Positions 1-18,166 of a stretch of DNA of 64,000 nucleotides are shown here, in pieces (the first letter of the stretch is position 1; every line of letters starts with the position of its first letter). Source of the stretch: the human T2T-CHM13v2.0 reference genome, Homo sapiens; the NCBI RefSeq assembly GCF_009914755.1, contig NC_060936.1; one strand, given 5' to 3'. The position numbers and the translations under genes are program-made. The notes under the pieces were generated by a model. The model was not told the DNA's origin, did not search any database, and saw only the letters and a list, made by a program, of their open reading frames with translations.

Positions 1-207
1 CTGCCTCCCAGTCTCAAGCAATCCTCCCACATCAGCCGGACTACAGGTGCACACCACCATGCCTAGCTAATTTTTTGTGAGTATTTTTTGTAAAGATAGG
101 GTTTCACCATGTTGCCAGACTGGTCTCAAACTCCTGGGCTCAAGTGATCCGCCCACCTTGGCCTCTCAAAGTGCTGGGATTACAGGCATGAGCCACCAAG
201 CCCAGCC
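1..207 (-). mobile_element. Alu (partial, AluJ-like)
   Basis: Antisense Alu consensus (ctcaaactcctgggctcaagtgatcc...gctgggattacaggcatgagccac). Confidence 0.9.
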
Positions 208-245
208 TATAAAATACGCATAACATAAAATTTACCATCTTAACT

Positions 246-540
<295 letters not shown>

Positions 541-1432
541 CTCATCTTAACCATTTTTAAGTGCACAGTTCAGTGGCATTAAGCACATTCACATTGCTGT
601 GAATTCATCAGCAATTTTTGTCATGTTCTAATTAATAGTGCATGATAGATGCATAGACTTCCTAAGAAACAGTGTAGTGGCCATTGTAGAAAAAATGCAG
701 CCATCCCTGCAGGTGAGCAGAGCTGCCAGCCAGAAGCACAGCCAAGCCCCGCCAGCTTTGATGAGAACACCTTCTTCCTCCCTGGCATGAAGGGAAAGTC
801 AAATGCAAACACAGGCACGAGCCGTGTCATCGTTGGCCCCTTCCCCTCCTCCCAGACTAGGGGCCAGATCAGAATGTGAGTCCTGACTACTATTGTAAGC
901 TGTGCGGCAGGTCACACTCTCTCTGGAATTCATGTTCTCATCATGGAAACTGAAATCCACAGGCAAGATGATCTCTAAGATCCCATTAGCTTCTAAATGT
1001 ATGATTGTGTAACTGAACAACCACACAAGACACACACCACAAACATATGCAAATTCGGGTTGGGTCTTTGTGGGCTCCAAGGAGAAGCTGTCACACCTAT
1101 CCTGGTGTATTGGGAAGCAAGAGATTTTTACCCGACTGGGTTAGGAGTGGTTCTTCCCAGAATCAAGGGTCAGTAGGCCACTCTGTCAAGATCGTGAATA
1201 CCTTGACCAAAGGAGAGACCAGAAAGGGTGTGTGGCCCATCCGAGAGCACACAGCAACTAAATGGTTGGGTGTGGATTTAGAAGCCACTGTCACAGCTTC
1301 AGTTCACATGAGGCCCAAGGAGAAGGTTTTCCAGGAACCCCTGAGACTCAGTCCTGAACTTGGCCAGTTGGGGTGGACAGTATATCCGAAGGTCAGGAGA
1401 AGTGATACATGAAACCACAAAAGAAAGGAGTA

Positions 1433-1683
1433 GGCCAGGCACGGTGGCTCACGCCTGTAATCCCAGCACTTTGGGAGGTCGAGGCAGGTGGATCACAAGG
1501 TCAGGAGTTTGAGACCAGCCTGGCCAATATGGTGAAATCCCATGTCTACTAAAAAAAAATACAAAAAGTAGTCGGGCATGGTGGCATGTGCCTGTAATCC
1601 CAGCTACTCAGGAAGCTGAGGCGACAGAATTGCTTGAACCTGGGAGGTGGAAGTTGCAGTGAGCTGAGCCACTGCACTCCAGC
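1433..1683 (+). mobile_element. Alu (3'-truncated)
   Basis: ggccaggcacggtggctcacgcctgtaatcccagc... ending at cactgcactccagc with no tail. Confidence 0.9.
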
Positions 1684-3159
1684 AGTGGGGAAGGCATGTT
1701 CCCTGGGTGGGGGCAGAGGCACACCCCAGCCAGACCCCTCTGAGTCCTTGTCTCTTCCTATGTGCAGAGTCTGGAGGTGGGCCCCAGATGCCCTTTATAT
1801 GACAGGGGTTGGGGTCCCCCTCTCCGTCGATCTTCTCCCGGAGGACCCAGAATGCCTGAAGTTGGGAGGGATGGCTGAGGGAAGAGTGCCAGGGCACCAG
1901 GTGTCTATGTGTCAGGCCAGAAGTTAGGCACTGGAAATACACAGGAGAACAAACCCCACAGGAATCCCTGCTCTTTTGGAACATCACTTCTGTATGGGTA
2001 ATTTTTATTCTTTCTTCCTCCCCTTCCTCTTCCGCTTTCTCTTCCTCCTCCTTCATAATAGCAGGAGTCACGAGTCCCCATATATATATGTATATGATAC
2101 ATTCTCAGTTGCAAAATACCTTCCCGTTCATTATCTTACTGCATTCTCAAAACAACTTTATGGGGTAGGCATCCACACTCCCATTGTCCAGACAAGGAAA
2201 CTGAGGCGCAGAATGTGGCTCGGTAGTGTGGGGTGTGGCAGAAAGCTCCAGACCAGGCTCCAGTCCCAGCTCAGCCACTAACCTGCTGGAGCACCCTAGA
2301 TAAGTCACTCCCCTCCCTGGGCCTATACTCACCCCTCCTGCCCACCCCACATCCCCATGATACAACACAAAGCGCTCCACTCCAGTCTCCAATCTCTCCC
2401 AGATTTCTGTTCCTGCGACTGTGACTTGCCCAGGGACCTGCTGGACAGGAGCTAGGGCAGGGTGCAGAAGCCCGTCCTTCTGTCCCCACTCTGAGCCTGA
2501 CCCTGCTGTGAATCCCCAGGAGAGGGAGCGAGGCTGGAGGGATTAGGGAAGGGCCAGTGAGTGGGGCTGGGGAAACTTCTAGACTTGAACGCCTCCAGGA
2601 CCCCAGTGGCCACAGCAGCACTGATAGCAGGAGGCAGCACTGCCCAGATGCTGAGCTGAGTGGGCACCAAGGCCAGAGAGCTGCTTATCAGGCATCACAG
2701 CCGCCCCGAGCCTGCACAGCTCACTGCCCCACAGAAATGTCTTTCTCCTGTGGCCAGAGCGGCCCTGAGCTCCTCAGGGTTTCTAGGACCTGTCACAGCT
2801 TCTGGGACCCCAACACATGAGTGTGCAAAGACCTGTTCTCCTCAAAGTGCAAATAATACTGTAAGTAAGGGCTGATATTCATTGACCACCTACTGTGGAC
2901 GAGGCGCTGCTCTGAGCACTTGACATACATTGTTTCATTCAATCCAAACCCCAATCCACTAGGTCAGTTTTATTCTCCCCATTTTACAGAGAAAGACAAG
3001 AAAGGTTAAGTCACATAGATGGAACAGGCTGATGCCAGAATGGACACCCTCAGCTTCCTCAGCCGCCCCAGGTTGACTCCATCACCAAGGGCCAGGGTCC
3101 CAGTGCCCCCAGGCTCTAGGAGCTGCTGTTTGGCTGGGGCTCCCAGGAGAAGGTGAAGC

Positions 3160-3730
3160 TTAATGATTTATGGGTGATTAGCTGCAAGAATGCAAGCACA
3201 GAAGACACAAACCTTTATGCCTTGGAAATTTGTCACAAGCCAACCAGTTGTTTTCCATCCCTGTGAAGCAGGAATAATTGGAGGTCTGACAGAAGAACTT
3301 CCCAGTTACCAGAAGGAGCAGCACTCATGTTCTCTCTTAGTTTTGTGTGAGGTGTTGCCCCTGCCTTGGTCAACAGTTTGAGTCAGAGAGATGGGGGCCG
3401 GGCACAATCCCCACCAGACGTTCCCATTCACAAGACCCTGTGGGGGCTGGGAGACGCCCTGGGGCAGCAGCCCTGGGGTAACCAAGGGAACAAACACGGA
3501 AAACCAGGGACGTCAGTCCTTATCTGGAGCTCATTAAATGGGGAACATTAGTCAGCTGTGAAGGCCAAGATAGGGTGATAGGCCTGTGGGTGGGCTGGGA
3601 TGGGGCATGGGGGCAGAGGCCGCCATGGAGGAGAAGAGGTATTGGCCTCAACGACTCCACCTCCCCGCCACGTGCCCAGATCCGGGATGGAAGGACCCTA
3701 TAAATGCCCACAACCCAGCCTCCCCAGAGG
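3160..3730 (+). promoter_or_regulatory. AQP2: AQP2 proximal promoter
   Basis: TATAAA 3699-3704; CRE GACGTCA 3509-3515; AP-1 TGAGTCA 3379-3385; TonE/NFAT5 TGGAAATTTGT 3223-3233; GATA 3568-3573 and 3576-3581; E-box CACGTG 3669-3674; PBX-HOX TGATTTATGG 3164-3173. Fits known vasopressin/cAMP and tonicity control. Confidence 0.85.
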
Positions 3731-3788
3731 CCTTGAGAAAGAGAGCGATAGAGTGCGAGAGCGAGTGCCCGGAGCATCCTGGCCCTGA

Positions 3789-4235
<447 letters not shown>

Positions 4236-5117
4236 TAAAGGATGAGATGGGAGGGATGGGCTCTGGGTGATGTAGGGAGAGAGATGGAGACAGAGGCAGA
4301 GAGAGAAGCTGGAGCCAGGAACACAGCCACCATAGGAGGGTCAGGATGAAAGGAGCAATGATACCAGAGCAAAGCAGGATGCAGACAGACTGCTGGCTTC
4401 TTCCACCCTGACCGTCGTGCAGGAAGAGCCTCATCCAGGTTTCTGTTGGACTCAACGCCTACATTACAGTGAGGACAGGGCTATACCTCAGCAGGGGTTG
4501 GTGTCCCAAGCAGACATGCTTTCCAAGCTGCGGGGAGCCTTGGAGTGATCATCACAGGGTTCTCAAGAGAGAAGAGGGGCCCAGCATTTCTTCTGCTTTG
4601 AGGGTTTGCAGGTCCCGTGGCAGGTGCTCCTTACAGGCCAGGCACGGACACACCACAGCCCTGCAAGCAGCAATGGGCATACTCACTTCTCCAAACCTTG
4701 AGGAGGTCCCCGGAGCCCATAAGCTGGCTGCTGATTACATGATACAGGCGCTAACTGGGCCCCGTGGGCCCTTTGGGAGCTGAGGGTGGTGCCACAGTCC
4801 CTTCCCCCATGTCCCACCCACTTCCCCTCTCAGGTCTGTGTGGGCCCTGTGAATCCAAGGCCCATGAATGTGGAGGAATGACCTGTGCCCCCAACAGATC
4901 AACACTCACTCTGTACCCCCATCCTAAGCCAGGACAGTGAGTGCCTCTTTTGTGCTTGTTTCCGGTAGTTCCCGGCCTTTTCCATCCTTGAGCCACTGGA
5001 CAAGAGTCCTGATGTCTTTGATGAGTCCCGCACAATCTCTGTGGGCGCCCCCTTCTCTGCACAAGTGGCCCTTCCTCATCTGTGGGACAGAGGTATCCCA
5101 ATTAGGGAACTTCTCTG

Positions 5118-5398
5118 CTTTGTTTTGTTTTGTTTTTGAGATGGAGTCTCACTCTATTGCCCAGGCTGGAGTGCAATGGTACAATCTCAACTCACTGCAA
5201 CCTCCACCTCAGGCCATTCTCTTGCCTCAGCCTCCCATGGGATTACACGCCTGTAATCCCAGCTAATTTTTGTATTTTTAGTAGAGACAGGACTCGCCAC
5301 GTTGGTAAGGCTGGTTTCAAACTCCTAACCTCAAGTGATCCACCCGCCTCAGCCTCCCAAAGTGCTGGAATTACAGGCATGAGCCACCACACCCAGCC
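5118..5398 (-). mobile_element. Alu in AQP2 intron 1 (internally deleted)
   Basis: (TTTTG)n tail plus antisense Alu consensus. Confidence 0.9.
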
Positions 5399-6797
5399 TC
5401 TGTTCTTTAAAGAGGAAAATATGACAAGGCTGGGGGCCAGGGGCCAAGGAAAGGCTAGGTGGGCAAGCAGAGGAGTGGGCTCATTTCCTCTGAGAACAAA
5501 ATTAGTTCAGTTTGCAGCAAGAAGAGGTCCAGTTAGACTGAAAAAGGAACTTCCTGAGAGCATGACCAGGAAGTCCTTCTCTAATAGCAGGGCACTGGGA
5601 GTGAAAGGCCATGGGAAACATGCAGTCCTCCTCCTCCATCATTTCACAACTGACTGGGGCCCTCAGAAGAGAAAGGTCTGGGAGGGCTCCTCCATGCCAC
5701 TTCTCAGCATTTACCACCTTGAGGACCTGGGGAGAACCCTGCCTGGATGGAATGGGGCAGTGGTGGGACCAACTTGCTCTGAGGCTAAGGAGAGCCAGAT
5801 GACCCTCAAGACAATCCCAAGTGTCCTTTGAGGACACTGAGAGCCAGCCTGGCCACCAGGAAGTTAATCATTGACATGCACCTGCCCTGTGCCAGGCCAG
5901 CTATCATCTCATCATTGGTACAACGCTATAAGGGAAATTCTGTGGTTCCCCCTATGGTGAGTGGCAAATTGAGGCTCAACAGCAATTGATCAAAGTCACA
6001 GAACCAATATGTCATTTCTAGTCCTCCCACAGTCCTCCAGAATCCATTTTCTTATCCCATTTCACAGAAGGAGAAACTGAGGCCAAATTAAGTAGTCCCA
6101 CGGCAAGTCAGAGGCCTCCAAAGTGTCTGCTTCCAAAGCTCTTTTCACTGTCCTCTAGAGACTCTGCATTGGACAACAATAGGAGGGATTGAGGTTAGAC
6201 CCTAGAGAGACCCAAGGGTTCTGACCTGATGTCTCGGACCCAGGGGTGGGGGTTCAGGGCCTGGAGAAAGAGCGTGGGAGCTGAGAGCTGTCACTGTTCC
6301 ACCCAGTGCAGTGCCCAGCCCCAGAAGGCAGGGTGTAGGGTACAGGGTGACAAAACCCAAGGAGAAATCCAGTGCTGGGTGCGGCCCAGTTATGAAATCA
6401 CCTCTTTACTCAGCCCCGAGTTCTCTCCTTACCCAAGGCAGGGTCTGCTGAGACCATGGGCAGCCTACATGGGTGTGGAGGCATTGTCCAACACAGCTCC
6501 AGGGCCCTTACCCCAACCTCCATAGGATGTGCAGGGAGCAAACTAACAGGGCAAACCTGAGGCCTGAAAGGCAGTGGGGAATAGACAAGGGTTAGGGAAA
6601 GAGGTAGATTCCGGACTCATAGCGGAAAGGGGCACACTAGGACTGTCCCCCAGACCCAAGTCCCTAGACCCTGTCTCTGGGAGCCATTTAACCTCAGGAA
6701 GAAAGACCACAGGCCTCTCATTGCACCAAGGTCTGATGGTCTAGAGACAGAGGAAGGTCTTCCTGCTAACCGGCCCAAAGCTTCCTGAGGCAGTTGA

Positions 6798-7439
<642 letters not shown>

Positions 7440-7506
7440 TGACTCCTAGATACCCCAGAGGGACAGATATCACTCCAGCCCATCTGTAAATAAAACGTGA
7501 TGTTAA

Positions 7507-7734
<228 letters not shown>

Positions 7735-8284
7735 TAGAAACCCATTTTAGAGGGAGAACAAGAGCTGGAATAGCATGGGATGGGGGCTCAGCAGCGGTAC
7801 CCCAAACCCTCCACACTCCTCCTGGTCCTGGGGAGCCTTGGGTTCCACCCCTCAGATCTGATGCCAAAGACTCAGTTTCCATGTCTGTGAATGAGGATGA
7901 CAACAGCTTACCTCACTGGCTTCTTGGGAACAGTAAGTGAGGTTACCGGTGTAACCCAGATAATGCAGTGTCTGGCACTTAGAACTCTATAAGTGGTAGT
8001 ATTTAGCACTTATCTGGTGCTTAGTATGTGGTGAGCCTTGTTCTGAGTGCTTTGCAAACATTAACTCAGTTTTCACAACCACCCCAGGAGGTAGACATTC
8101 TTAGAGTGAAAGGCACAGAGAGGGTAAGTAACTTGTCGAAGTGCACACAGCACTTAAGTGGTGGAATCAGGACACACACAGGCAGTGGCTTCAGAATTCG
8201 CACCCTTAACCCCGCACTGACAAGGCTTCCCCAGCAGCTGGCGTTGTCGTTGTAATTACATAAATAAGCATTTTACTAGATTAA

Positions 8285-8740
<456 letters not shown>

Positions 8741-9150
8741 CAGTGCTGTGAGCAGGCGGGGAGGAGGCTGCCGGAGGGAGCCCTGAGCCTGGCAGGTCCC
8801 CTGCCCTGAGGCTGTGAGCAGCTAGTGGTGGCTTCTCCAGCCTTTTTCAGGGAACTGGGAACTTAGGGGACTGAGCTGGGGAGGGAGGCAGGTGGGTGGT
8901 AAGAGGGAAACTCTGGAGAGCCTGCACCCAGGTACTGAGTGGGGAGTGTACAGACCCCTGCCTTGGGGGTTCCGGGAATGATGCAACTGGTTTTACTAGT
9001 GTGCAAGTGTGTTCATCCCCAAGTTCTCTTTTGTCCTCACATGCAGAGTTGTGCATGCCCCTGAGTGTGAACAGGTTTGCCTACGTTGGTGCAAGTGTGC
9101 ATGGCTGGGGACTTCTCACTTCCCCTTGCACCCCTTCCTCCCCAACCTGC

Positions 9151-9156
9151 AATAAA
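9151..9156 (+). terminator. AQP2: AQP2 proximal poly(A) signal
   Basis: AATAAA ~550 nt after the stop, followed by GT-rich sequence. Confidence 0.65.
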
Positions 9157-11849
9157 TCCGCTTCTCCTGCAGTGGATGAGTGTGGGTGCCAGTCCTCCTC
9201 AGGAGAAGGGGAAGGGAAGGAGGCCACTTTGAGAGGGCTGAAGGGAGGGCCTTGATTTCCAGCCGCAATCTGGCTCCTCCTGGAAAATTTCCCCCACCTG
9301 CAGCGCTGGGCCCCAAGGCTTGCCAAGACTCATTGCTGGAGGTAGAGAGGTGTCAACCAGAGAACAGCTCCCCTAGACATGGCCTCTGGAAAAAGGAAAT
9401 CTTTGGTGGCCAAAGATTTCCTTTCTGTGGTGAGGGAGAACCTCTCCAAAGAGGAAGCAGGCATATGAGTGCGCACGCCTTCACGTGTGTGTATGCTGTG
9501 TGTGCCCGGGACCCCCGTCTCCAGGGGTGCCCCAGACCCAGAGATTAGCCTCCCACTTCGGCGCAGAAAACAAAAGCCCTTTGTGGGACCCGGGCCTTTG
9601 TCTTGGGTGAGGGGAGATTTGCACCTAGACACTTCTTGAAAGGAGACACTCAGTTTCACAAGTGAGCCCTCTTGCCCAGCACACACCTATGGCTGGCTGG
9701 GCAAGGCGCTCAGGCATGCAACCATGGGCACCAGGCAATACCCATCCATCACCCATCTCACTCTCCCCAGTCCTCAGGCAGCAGCTTTTCCACCCCAGGA
9801 ATCTCTGTTCCTTCTCTGTCTGCCTCTCCACAGCCCGTGATCCCCTGCTTCTGGCTCCTACCACTGGACAGTCATTGTGGATAGAGCAGCCTGCTGCTCT
9901 CAGGACCAGAGAAGGGAAATGACTTCTCCAGGCAGAGGCAGATCTGAGTCTAGAACCCAGGCTTCTAAATTTCTAGGCCAGTACTACTGCTCTCAAAAGA
10001 GATTAACTGGGATTAAGTGAGATGACGCATGTAAAGATGCTGTGTAAACTGTAATTCTTAATACCATTATCACGCATTACTAGAATCATTTCATTATTTC
10101 TGCTTCCTGGGGGAAGGATGCAGAAGGAGTCTGATGCTCAACATCCCTTACCTCCTTTCGCTGATGGCCAAAGCAAAGGAGAGTCCTGGGAGCCCACAAG
10201 ATCCAGGCAGAAGGAGATGGGTTTGGGGCTGGCCCCATCCTGGCCCAGCCTCTTAACCTCTTCTTACCCTGAATGTGTGCCCCATCTTTTCTCCCACCTC
10301 CTTCCTCCTACCACCCAGCCCTATCCATTCTCTCCTTCCCTCTCCAGCCTGCTGTGTAAGTAACATGTGGGTCATACCTTGAACCCCCCTCCGCCCCCAT
10401 GCTCTCTGTGGCCTCCATGCCTTCAAGACTTCTGTCTGTATCTATCTCACACTGCACCAAGCACCCACTGTGCACCAGGCACTAAGTCTCTAGCCTCTTT
10501 CTCCCTTCTGCTCCCATCCAAGAAAGACAGTGTATAAGGAACATCTCTGTAATTGTGTCCCCTCTCATCTATGCTCTTTCCTGTCTTCCTTGACCAAAGC
10601 TCTCTTTGAGGTCCAAAAAAGGCTGCCCTGGGCCATATGTGCTATGGAGAGGACTCTCCCAAACCCCCAATAGCTAGTGACAGCCACTTGGCCTCACTAC
10701 CAGAAGAAGGGTGGAGTCAGAAACCAAAGTGACCTCCAGAGCTGTCCTCCTGGCACCTGAGTGTCCTTGCTCTAGAGGTTCAAAGGCAGCAAGGCAGTGA
10801 GCTATGAGCCCAGCATGGATGTGTCTCAGGCACCTCATCCCCACCCCACCTCACCCCAACAAACTCCTCTAGAAGAAGCCAAGAATTTCTCTCTATGTCT
10901 GTTTCACTTTTTGGATTGCATCTCCCCAAAAACTAAATGTGAAATCCCTACCATTTCTAGCCTCTATTGCCCAGATTGGAGTCAGAGGTCAAAAAAGGAT
11001 TCCAAGTGATGGAACTCCAGGGGTGGAGGGAAATTGGCAGTTCCTGGCATCTCTTGTGTACCAGCTGCTGTGCTGGGTGCCTTGCATGCACGGGCTTATC
11101 TGATCTTCCTCAAACTTCAGATAGGTTAGGGAAGGACAAAGGCCCCCAGCCATGAAGGGTTTTGCTATTTCCAAAGCTTCCCCTTATCGTCCCCTGTGAT
11201 TATCTCCCAACCCCGTGACAAAGGTAGAGCAAATATTGTTCTTCCCATTTTACAGATTCAGAAACCAAGGCTAAGGGACTGGTCTAAAGTCTCACAGGTA
11301 GTATATGGTGGAGCCAACACTTGAACTCAGACCTTTTTACACAAAATCCCATGATTTTTCCACTGAGACAAATCCTAGGCTCCTGGGAGGCCCTGGCAGA
11401 AGCCAGAACACATGGCTGGGCCTTTCCAGCCCAACCCACTGTCTTGCAGTGGACGGAGAGCCTTGGCGAGGGCAGCAGGGTAGAGAGGACAAAGAATGTG
11501 GGGCTGGTTTCTGCCCTTTAAGAGCACCCGGTCAGTCAGAGAACAGAGATCACACACACCAAACCAGACAGAGGCAGGGCAGCATGGAGACAGGTAGACA
11601 GACCTCCAGGTCCCTAAGCTGGGGACAGAGAAGGTTCTGAGCTGTCCCATACTCCCACTTTGTGCCAAATGACTTTGCACCTGCAAATGGTGCTTCAATG
11701 TCGTTTTGTATCTTTAAGCTGTGATGTTGTATATATACAATGCCTCCCAGCTAGACTGTAAGCCCTCTGGGGACAAGGGCTGCTTCCAGTTCTTGGATGG
11801 CGTTCTCCTATCTACCTTCCTTCAACTGCTCTGCATATAATAAGCACTC

Positions 11850-11855
11850 AATAAA
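11850..11855 (+). terminator. AQP2: AQP2 distal poly(A) signal
   Basis: AATAAA with downstream T-rich tract; would give a ~4.2 kb mRNA, consistent with the long AQP2 transcript. Confidence 0.7.
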
Positions 11856-13489
11856 TGCTCATTTGCCAATAAGTACTGTTTCTTCCACAACTTGGCAGTG
11901 GTAATAGAAATACAGCCCAAGGTACCAGAAGACAGGCGGAGCTCCCTACCACTTCTACCCCAGCCCTCAACTTCTCCCAGGGAACTCAGAAGTCCCCATA
12001 TCAGGAGAGGAGGGGAAGGGCTCTCCCTAAGACATTCAAATTCCCCCTGCCACAAATGGGGAGACCCATCACTCAGCTCACAAAGGTCCCGGGCATTCCT
12101 CTGGAGCTGCCAGGGCAGGGCCTGAGTGCTTGGGCAAAGAGAATTCCGAGACATAATGGGAGTTTACTGTGATGACTTGAGGACAGAGGGACTCTAGTGG
12201 TTAGAGAGATGGAAGAGCCTAAGACACAGGCCCTAGGAAACAGAATCAGCTGCCCTGTGTGAGTAACCTTGACAGATGAAATCTCCTTCTTTGGCCTCAC
12301 CAGGCCCACTCCTGATGACCAAGTCTATGTGGCGACCTGTGGTTCCCATCTCAGGTCACTGTGTGACCCTAGGCAAGTGACCTCTGAGTCTGGGTTTCTT
12401 CATGGGTAGCTTGGAATCAAATCACACAGTGGAGGCCAATTATAATCTCTAACTTTGTAGATTATATTCTGAATCTCTAAAATGGCAAGAACAAGGTCTT
12501 GGCCTTTATAGTCCCTCATTAGTTCAAATCTTCAGGTCGGAGCTTCCCCTGGCAGCCAAGCCTCTTGTGAGCACTTGTGAATCCTTTCATTCTGAGATGC
12601 TGGAGTTTGAGACCTGTGGACTATGAAGACAGTGCCTGGGGAGAGAGGATGAGAAAGCAAGTGAAAGGGTGCGAACTGGAGGCAAGTTCAGCAGCAAAGG
12701 AGCCTGGCCCCCAATGGCCTCTGGGGTCATCAGGGTCATTGTCCAGCCCAAGTCCCAGGCCCAGAAGAAAATCCTGCGTACAACTGGCATGTACAGCTGG
12801 CATGATTGGCTGGGGACAAAGCGCTGGGACCCATGGAAGAAAGGACAGACTGACCTCCGGCCTTAAGAGGAGAGACCTGGGGGAGGAGCTGCTCCAGCAG
12901 GAAATGCCAGAGCTGGGCAGGAACAATAGCGGGGTTTCTTTAGCCCTTGTTTTCTTTGGCATCTTAGCTGCCACAGAGCCCAGAGCCCGCTCCTCCAAGT
13001 CCTTAGCATTCCTGCAGGCTCCTCCCCTCAGCCCTGCCTGACAAACTGACAGAGGAGGCACCTGTTCTCTACTTCCTCTGCACCCTCCCGCTGGACTCTT
13101 CCCCCTAGCTTAGCACCACACTAAACCCTCAAGGGGCTTTTAAAATTAACAGTCACAACGTAAGGAGACTTTACTGAGCCTTACTCTGTGCCAGGCACTG
13201 TGCTAAGGGCTTCTCTAACACACATGGGGATGGGAGTCTTTAATGCAGCTCCTCTCCCGGGATCCTGGGGGTGGGTCCTCCCCCTCTAAGCCCTAGAGAG
13301 CCCTCCAGCCTCGTTCTCCACATGCCCGACCTGGAGTGGGTGGGAAGAGGGAGAGGGTGGTGTGCGAGGAGGCAGCAGGTCACAAAGGGGTTACAAGCTC
13401 AGAGGGAAGGGGGATGGGAACTGGAAGAAAGTGTCACCCAGACCAGGGGTAGAAGAACTTGACTTTGGGGAGACTGAGAAAGACCACAT

Positions 13490-13870
13490 GTAAGAGAGAG
13501 AGACATGGAAAATGAGGTAGAAACAGACAGAAACAAAGAAAGGCACAAAAATTAAGAGGCAGAGGAAAGGTGAAAATAGCCAGGAGACAGAAACTGCAGG
13601 ATGAGAGAAATGAATAGAGAGAGACAGAGAGACTAAGACAGCAAAAGGCAGGAAGGAAAAACAGAAAATGAGAAGGTGTGAGAGAGAGAGAGATGGAGAG
13701 GTGGAGAACAGAGAGACTGAAATGAGAAAGAGACCTCTCGGAGAGAGACCGAGAGGAAGAGGCTGGCAGAGGGAGAGGGTCAGAGACCAAAGACAGAGAC
13801 AAAAAGAGAAATAGGGTTTTGCAAAGACTGACTGACAGAAACAGATTTCGAGGGGAGAGAGATCAAGACC
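13490..13870. repeat. GA-rich low-complexity tract upstream of AQP5
   Basis: Strongly purine-biased + strand built from gaga/gacaga units. Confidence 0.85.
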
Positions 13871-14049
13871 AAGTGAGGGTTTGAAGGAGACTTAGGGGAG
13901 GTGGAGGAAGAGAAGGAGAGTCTTAGATCCAGGGTGAGGGGCTTCTAGCAGGAAGAGGGAAGACGCCAAGACCGCGCTTGGGAGGTCAGTGGTGCGTCTC
14001 TACCCCCCCTGCTCCCCCACTCCAACTCCCAGAGTCTCAAGGCCTCACG

Positions 14050-15848
<1,799 letters not shown>

Positions 15849-16462
15849 TAGAAACCGTAGATAGGAACCCCCTAATGTGGGGCCAGTGCAGAGCAGTTTC
15901 TGTTGAGTATTGGTTCCCTCTTTCCCCAACCTGTGCTCCTCCCCTCAACCCCGCACCCCTGCCTCCCTCCCACCTCCTGCAGCCCCAGAGTCAGCCCCCA
16001 ACCCCATGCAAACTGGGTTCATTAATCAAACACAGAGGAGGATTTGCTTGGCCATTGTCAAGCTGTGAGTCAGCCGCACTGGAGAGACGGGTTTAAGGCT
16101 GGCACTGGCATGGGGCCAGGCACGGGCAGGAGGCCGGGATGGGGTGTGAGGCAGGCAAACCGGGCAGCTGCCCACAGGATGGAGGGTAAATGCCAGCTTA
16201 TGGGGGCTGGGGGTTGGGCAGAGCCATTGATAGGCCCGTGTCCAGGAAAAGCTACCCTGACGCTCTGCCCTTTGGCCACAGGCCTGAGCTTCAAGCCTGT
16301 GCAAACTATGAAATGTACAGTGTCTTTAACAAATGGCTTCGCTGGGGCGATGTCCACAGGACTTGGCTTCCAGGTGCCAAGGTGCTCTAAGTGTCCCTGG
16401 AGGCCAAAAGCCCTACTCCCCGAGCCCCTGGCTATACAGCCAGAAGGTGGCCGGGGTCCTAA

Positions 16463-16672
<210 letters not shown>

Positions 16673-16975
16673 TGAGGGTGGGGCAGGCACTCAAGGCAAA
16701 TAATGGAGCCCTGGAGCGGAGCCCACTTCAGATGGATGAGTCCAGCAGAGTTTAAGGCCTGGATTTAGGGCTCCTGGACTCTGGCCCTACTGGGCCCCAG
16801 AATTGATCCCCCCAAAACCTCTGGGCTGAGGAAAGATGGGAGTAAGTAGGAGGTGGGATGGGACAGGAATCAAACCCAACCTCAGAGCAGAGAAGAGAGG
16901 AGGGCGTAGTTAAGGGTCCATGGTTAACCAAGCAGCTGGGATCCTTGGAGGGAGAGGTTGCCAGCCTGAGTTTGA

Positions 16976-17197
<222 letters not shown>

Positions 17198-17959
17198 TGA
17201 GGGCCTGGAGACCCAGCAGTGGCAGCTCAGAGCTCACCAGACCTGGATTCTGTGGGTCTAGAGCTTGGGGGTGGGCCAGGGAGTGGTGGCTGACAGAGAA
17301 AGGGACACAGTAGGGGATGGGATTCAGCTAGAGGGGCAGAGGTGGCTTTGTATGGCCTGAACCGCTGGGGACAGGGAGTCTGAGTATCTATCCGCTTATG
17401 GAAGAGGCTCTACTGAACCTGGAGGTGCAGAGGGGCTCTGTGTCAATTCCCTTGAGGATTTGGTGTCCGTCCCTCTCGGTGTCTGCGTGCTGGTCCTCTC
17501 TGATGTTTTATTTATCTGTCCCTGTTGAGGGGGTTGGGAGAGTCTTCCTGTGGGTCTGTCCCTGTGGACAGTCTGTCTGCCCCCCCTTTGGAAGCTCATG
17601 GTCACTCTCTCCAGGGTCTGCTTCTATCCCTGCGTGGAGGGGACACGCGCTCTGTTCATCCGTCTCTCTGAGGACCCACGTGTCCCCTCTGAAGGTTTAT
17701 TTGCTTCTCTTTCCGGTGTGGTTGGAGGGAGCCTGTCCCTCTGGGAATCCGTTTGCCTTCTTTGAGGGTCTAGGTGTCTGTGGTCCATGTCTCTGTCCCT
17801 GGGAGTGGTGTGTCAGTATATTCGTCCCCGAGGTGGGAGGAAGTCTTTCTCCCTGAAGGTCTGGAAGTCTGCATGTCTGTCTCCTCTCAGGGTCCGTGGG
17901 TCTGTCCTCTGTGGGGTGGGGGGCATGTGGTCTTCAAGGTCTGGGGCTCAGCGCCCTGA

Positions 17960-18166
<207 letters not shown>

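Noticed and set aside
5130-5831. 233-aa ORF and the many similar ORFs containing [13 protein letters not shown] or [10 protein letters not shown]
   Set aside because: Alu-derived translations with no independent coding evidence.
7489-7494. AATAAA in AQP2 intron 2
   Set aside because: Isolated hexamer in a 310-nt intron close to a strong donor; no other support.
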